Virus record (IMG/VR): IMGVR_UViG_2648501920_000014
Coordinates: 1-37,057 of that record
Length of the DNA: 37,057 bases
Source: a virus
Taxonomy: Duplodnaviria; Heunggongvirae; Uroviricota; Caudoviricetes
Reading direction: 5' to 3' (one strand)
Shown in pieces: positions 34,970 through 37,057 of this stretch (positions are counted from its first letter, which is position 1; every line of letters begins with the position of its first letter). Both the position numbers and the translations under genes were made by a program. A model generated the notes under the pieces. The model worked only from the letters and a program-made list of their open reading frames with translations, was not told where the DNA came from and ran no database searches.

Positions 34970-35612
34970 GAAATACACACTAATCTATGCAGATCCACCC
35001 TGGGTATACCGGGACAAAGCCGCAGATGGTAATCGCGGTGCCGGTTTTAAATATCCGGTTATGAGTGTGCTGGATATCTGCCGCCTTCCTGTGTGGGATT
35101 TGGCCGATGAAAACTGTCTGTTGGCCATGTGGTGGGTGCCAACACAACCACTCGAAGCACTAAAAGTTGTTGAGGCCTGGGGATTCCGTCTGATGACCAT
35201 GAAGGGATTCACGTGGATAAAATGTGGTAGTCGACAACCAGATAAACTGGTTATGGGTATGGGTCACATGACTCGCGCCAATAGTGAAGATTGCCTGTTT
35301 GCAGTAAAGGGAAAACTACCTACGCGCATTAATGCAGGGATCGTTCAGTCATTTACCGCACCGCGGCTTGAGCATTCAAGAAAACCAGATATCGTTCGTG
35401 AAAAACTTGTGCAATTGTTAGGCGATGTTTCTCGCATTGAACTGTTCGCCCGCCAGTCGTCTCATGGTTTCGATGTTTTGGGTAATCAGTGCGAAGACCC
35501 GGCAGTGCAACTACACCCTGGATACGCGTTGGATATTGCCAGATTAACAAATGCATTCAGCAATGCTCCGCTGTCACCAACAGACAACCAGGGGCGGGAG
35601 CGTGCAGCATGA
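34962..35612 (+). CDS. MT-A70 family N6-adenine DNA methyltransferase
   Basis: ATG at 34962 (track ORF starts at GTG 34950); DPPW motif in IYADPPWVY; ATGA overlap with the next gene. Confidence 0.75.
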   Translation: MTKKYTLIYADPPWVYRDKAADGNRGAGFKYPVMSVLDICRLPVWDLADENCLLAMWWVPTQPLEALKVVEAWGFRLMTMKGFTWIKCGSRQPDKLVMGMGHMTRANSEDCLFAVKGKLPTRINAGIVQSFTAPRLEHSRKPDIVREKLVQLLGDVSRIELFARQSSHGFDVLGNQCEDPAVQLHPGYALDIARLTNAFSNAPLSPTDNQGRERAA

Positions 35613-35803
35613 ACAGGGCATCACCATCAGATTTAAGGAAATGCCTTGAAACTGCAAACATGCTTGCACACAGCGGGATCAGGTTTGTTCCAATTCCCGC
35701 TGTCACTGATGCTGAATTTGCAACACTGTCAGCAATATTCACAGATAAAATTGAATCACTGGCAGCAGAAGCCGAGATGGAAGAAAATCAGCAGAATAAT
35801 TAA
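35609..35803 (+). CDS. Hypothetical small protein (64 aa)
   Basis: ATG at 35609 overlapping methyltransferase stop; stop TAA 35801-35803; convergent with integrase. Confidence 0.45.
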   Translation: MNRASPSDLRKCLETANMLAHSGIRFVPIPAVTDAEFATLSAIFTDKIESLAAEAEMEENQQNN

Positions 35804-35806
35804 ACG

Positions 35807-37057
35807 TTATTCCCCCGCCATCCACTTCTCAAACTTCGACGGGGAGAACGGAATCAGATCCGTATGCTCCCCGTTAATCCAGGAATCAATCATATCGGCC
35901 CACTGCTGCAACATGTAGGCGCGCTGTCTGGCGTATTCCGCTTTGTTATATACGGCGCGCACACCTTTCTGCTCATGTGCCAGAGCCTTTTCAATCCAGT
36001 CTGAAGGATAACCAGCCTCATGCAACAACGTACTGGCTGTACGGCGCATATCGTGTACGGTGAAATCCTGAATATGCTCACCATCTTCATTTATTATTTT
36101 CACCGTTCTGTCGATCAGAGAGTTCAGCGCGGCATTAGATAATGGCTTCCGGAAATTGTAACGACCAGGAACCAGATATTCACTTCCACCAGCGCACATC
36201 TGCAACCCGACCAATATATCCTGAGCCTGTTTAGGCAGGTAAATAACATGCGCCCGGCTTCCCTTCATGCGGTCTGAAGGAATTGTCCATGTCCATTTTT
36301 TAAAATCTATTTCATCCCACGTTGCATTGGTGAATTCGCCCTTACGAACCATAGTGATAAGCACCAGTTTTAAAGCCATTTTCATAGTGCCCATAGCACC
36401 AATGGCATCCAACGTGCGGAAGAACAGGCCAATTTCTTCTGGTGTCAGTGTTCGCTCTCGTGGTTTAAATATGGCGATAGACGAAGGCTTAATGTCAGCC
36501 GCAGGATTAAACAAACCATGACCACGGTCATTGGCGTGACGGTATACGCTGCTGATGATCTCCCTGGCCTGCACTGCTGTTGCCCGGCCACCGCGTTCGA
36601 CAATCCGGTCACACAAATCACGAACCATCGATGTGGTAATTTCAGCCATCATTTTGTTGCCAAGAACCGGAAGTATGTCACGGTCGATCACTGCCTGCTT
36701 CATTGCGCGGGTACTTTCAGCCAGGATGACGTGTTTCATATAACTGTCGGTATGTACCGCAAACGTTTCGGCACCACGAATCTTTTTGATACCGTCACGT
36801 TTAGCCGCAGCCGGTGACTGGCCTGCTTTAAGCAGCTTCTTTGCAGCAATCAGTTCTTCCCGCGCTTCTGCCAGGCTGATACCGTCACGCCCATACTGCC
36901 CGATTACCAGTGTTTCGCGGCGACCGTTGATACGGTAGTCATAACGAAATGAGACCGTGCCTGACGTAAGCACAGCTACATACAGCCCGTCACGATCGGA
37001 GACCTTGTACAGTTTGTCCTGCGGCTTGAGGTTTTTTAATTTTGTATCGGTAAGCAC
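35807..37057 (-). CDS. Tyrosine integrase (phage integrase family), 5' end at the window edge
   Basis: N-terminal arm-type motif LTDTKLKNLKPQDKLYKVSDRDGLYV; C-terminal catalytic region with HDMRRT; first codon at the last window bases is GTG, so 1-2 codons may be missing. Confidence 0.85.
   Translation of the reverse strand: MLTDTKLKNLKPQDKLYKVSDRDGLYVAVLTSGTVSFRYDYRINGRRETLVIGQYGRDGISLAEAREELIAAKKLLKAGQSPAAAKRDGIKKIRGAETFAVHTDSYMKHVILAESTRAMKQAVIDRDILPVLGNKMMAEITTSMVRDLCDRIVERGGRATAVQAREIISSVYRHANDRGHGLFNPAADIKPSSIAIFKPRERTLTPEEIGLFFRTLDAIGAMGTMKMALKLVLITMVRKGEFTNATWDEIDFKKWTWTIPSDRMKGSRAHVIYLPKQAQDILVGLQMCAGGSEYLVPGRYNFRKPLSNAALNSLIDRTVKIINEDGEHIQDFTVHDMRRTASTLLHEAGYPSDWIEKALAHEQKGVRAVYNKAEYARQRAYMLQQWADMIDSWINGEHTDLIPFSPSKFEKWMAGE

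Larger units (their letters stand above)
1..37057. mobile_element. Near-complete temperate phage / prophage genome (lysis - tail fibre - accessory island - virion module - terminase - replication - immunity - recombination - integrase)
   Basis: Contiguous phage modules across the whole window; integrase at the right edge and Rz stop at bases 1-3, so both attachment sites lie outside the window. Confidence 0.8.

Noticed and set aside
1-37057. rRNA genes, IS elements or transposases
   Set aside because: None seen: no transposase-like ORF, no terminal inverted repeats bracketing a gene, no rRNA-like conserved stretches.

Overview
This window is essentially one temperate phage (prophage) genome from an enterobacterial host, with most genes on the minus strand. 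Right to left: a tyrosine integrase at the right edge (35807-37057, 5' end at the window boundary), then plus-strand MT-A70 methyltransferase, AlpA/Xis-like regulator and a RecT/YqaJ recombination module. The immunity region has a tandem-HTH repressor (31142-31726) with no autocleavage domain, divergent from a Cro-like gene. Further left are lambda O/P-like replication genes with origin iterons inside the O-like gene, nin-like small genes, small and large terminase, a plus-strand tRNA-Arg(UCU) plus DUF2829-like cassette, and a T7-ordered virion module (portal, scaffold, capsid, tail-tube-like proteins, large internal proteins). At the left end are a plus-strand accessory island (4588-6944), a tail fibre with a T7-type N-terminal anchor and AT-rich distal part, and a lysis cassette (holin candidates, GH19 endolysin, Rz/Rz1). 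The most interesting signals are (1) a perfect LexA box in front of a small gene that is a stand-alone paralogue of the C-terminal domain of the adjacent Bro-N protein, suggesting SOS-controlled antirepressors acting on the non-cleavable repressor; (2) a 15-bp inverted repeat TTACC-N5-GGTAA present in at least 14 copies at the head of nearly every transcription unit; (3) an AT-rich, operator-fronted two-gene cassette of unknown function; and (4) a 12-bp perfect palindrome at three module junctions. Everything was read by eye from the sequence and the ORF track; no search or computation was run, so family names are motif recognitions, GC statements are visual estimates, and short-site coordinates may be off by a few bases.
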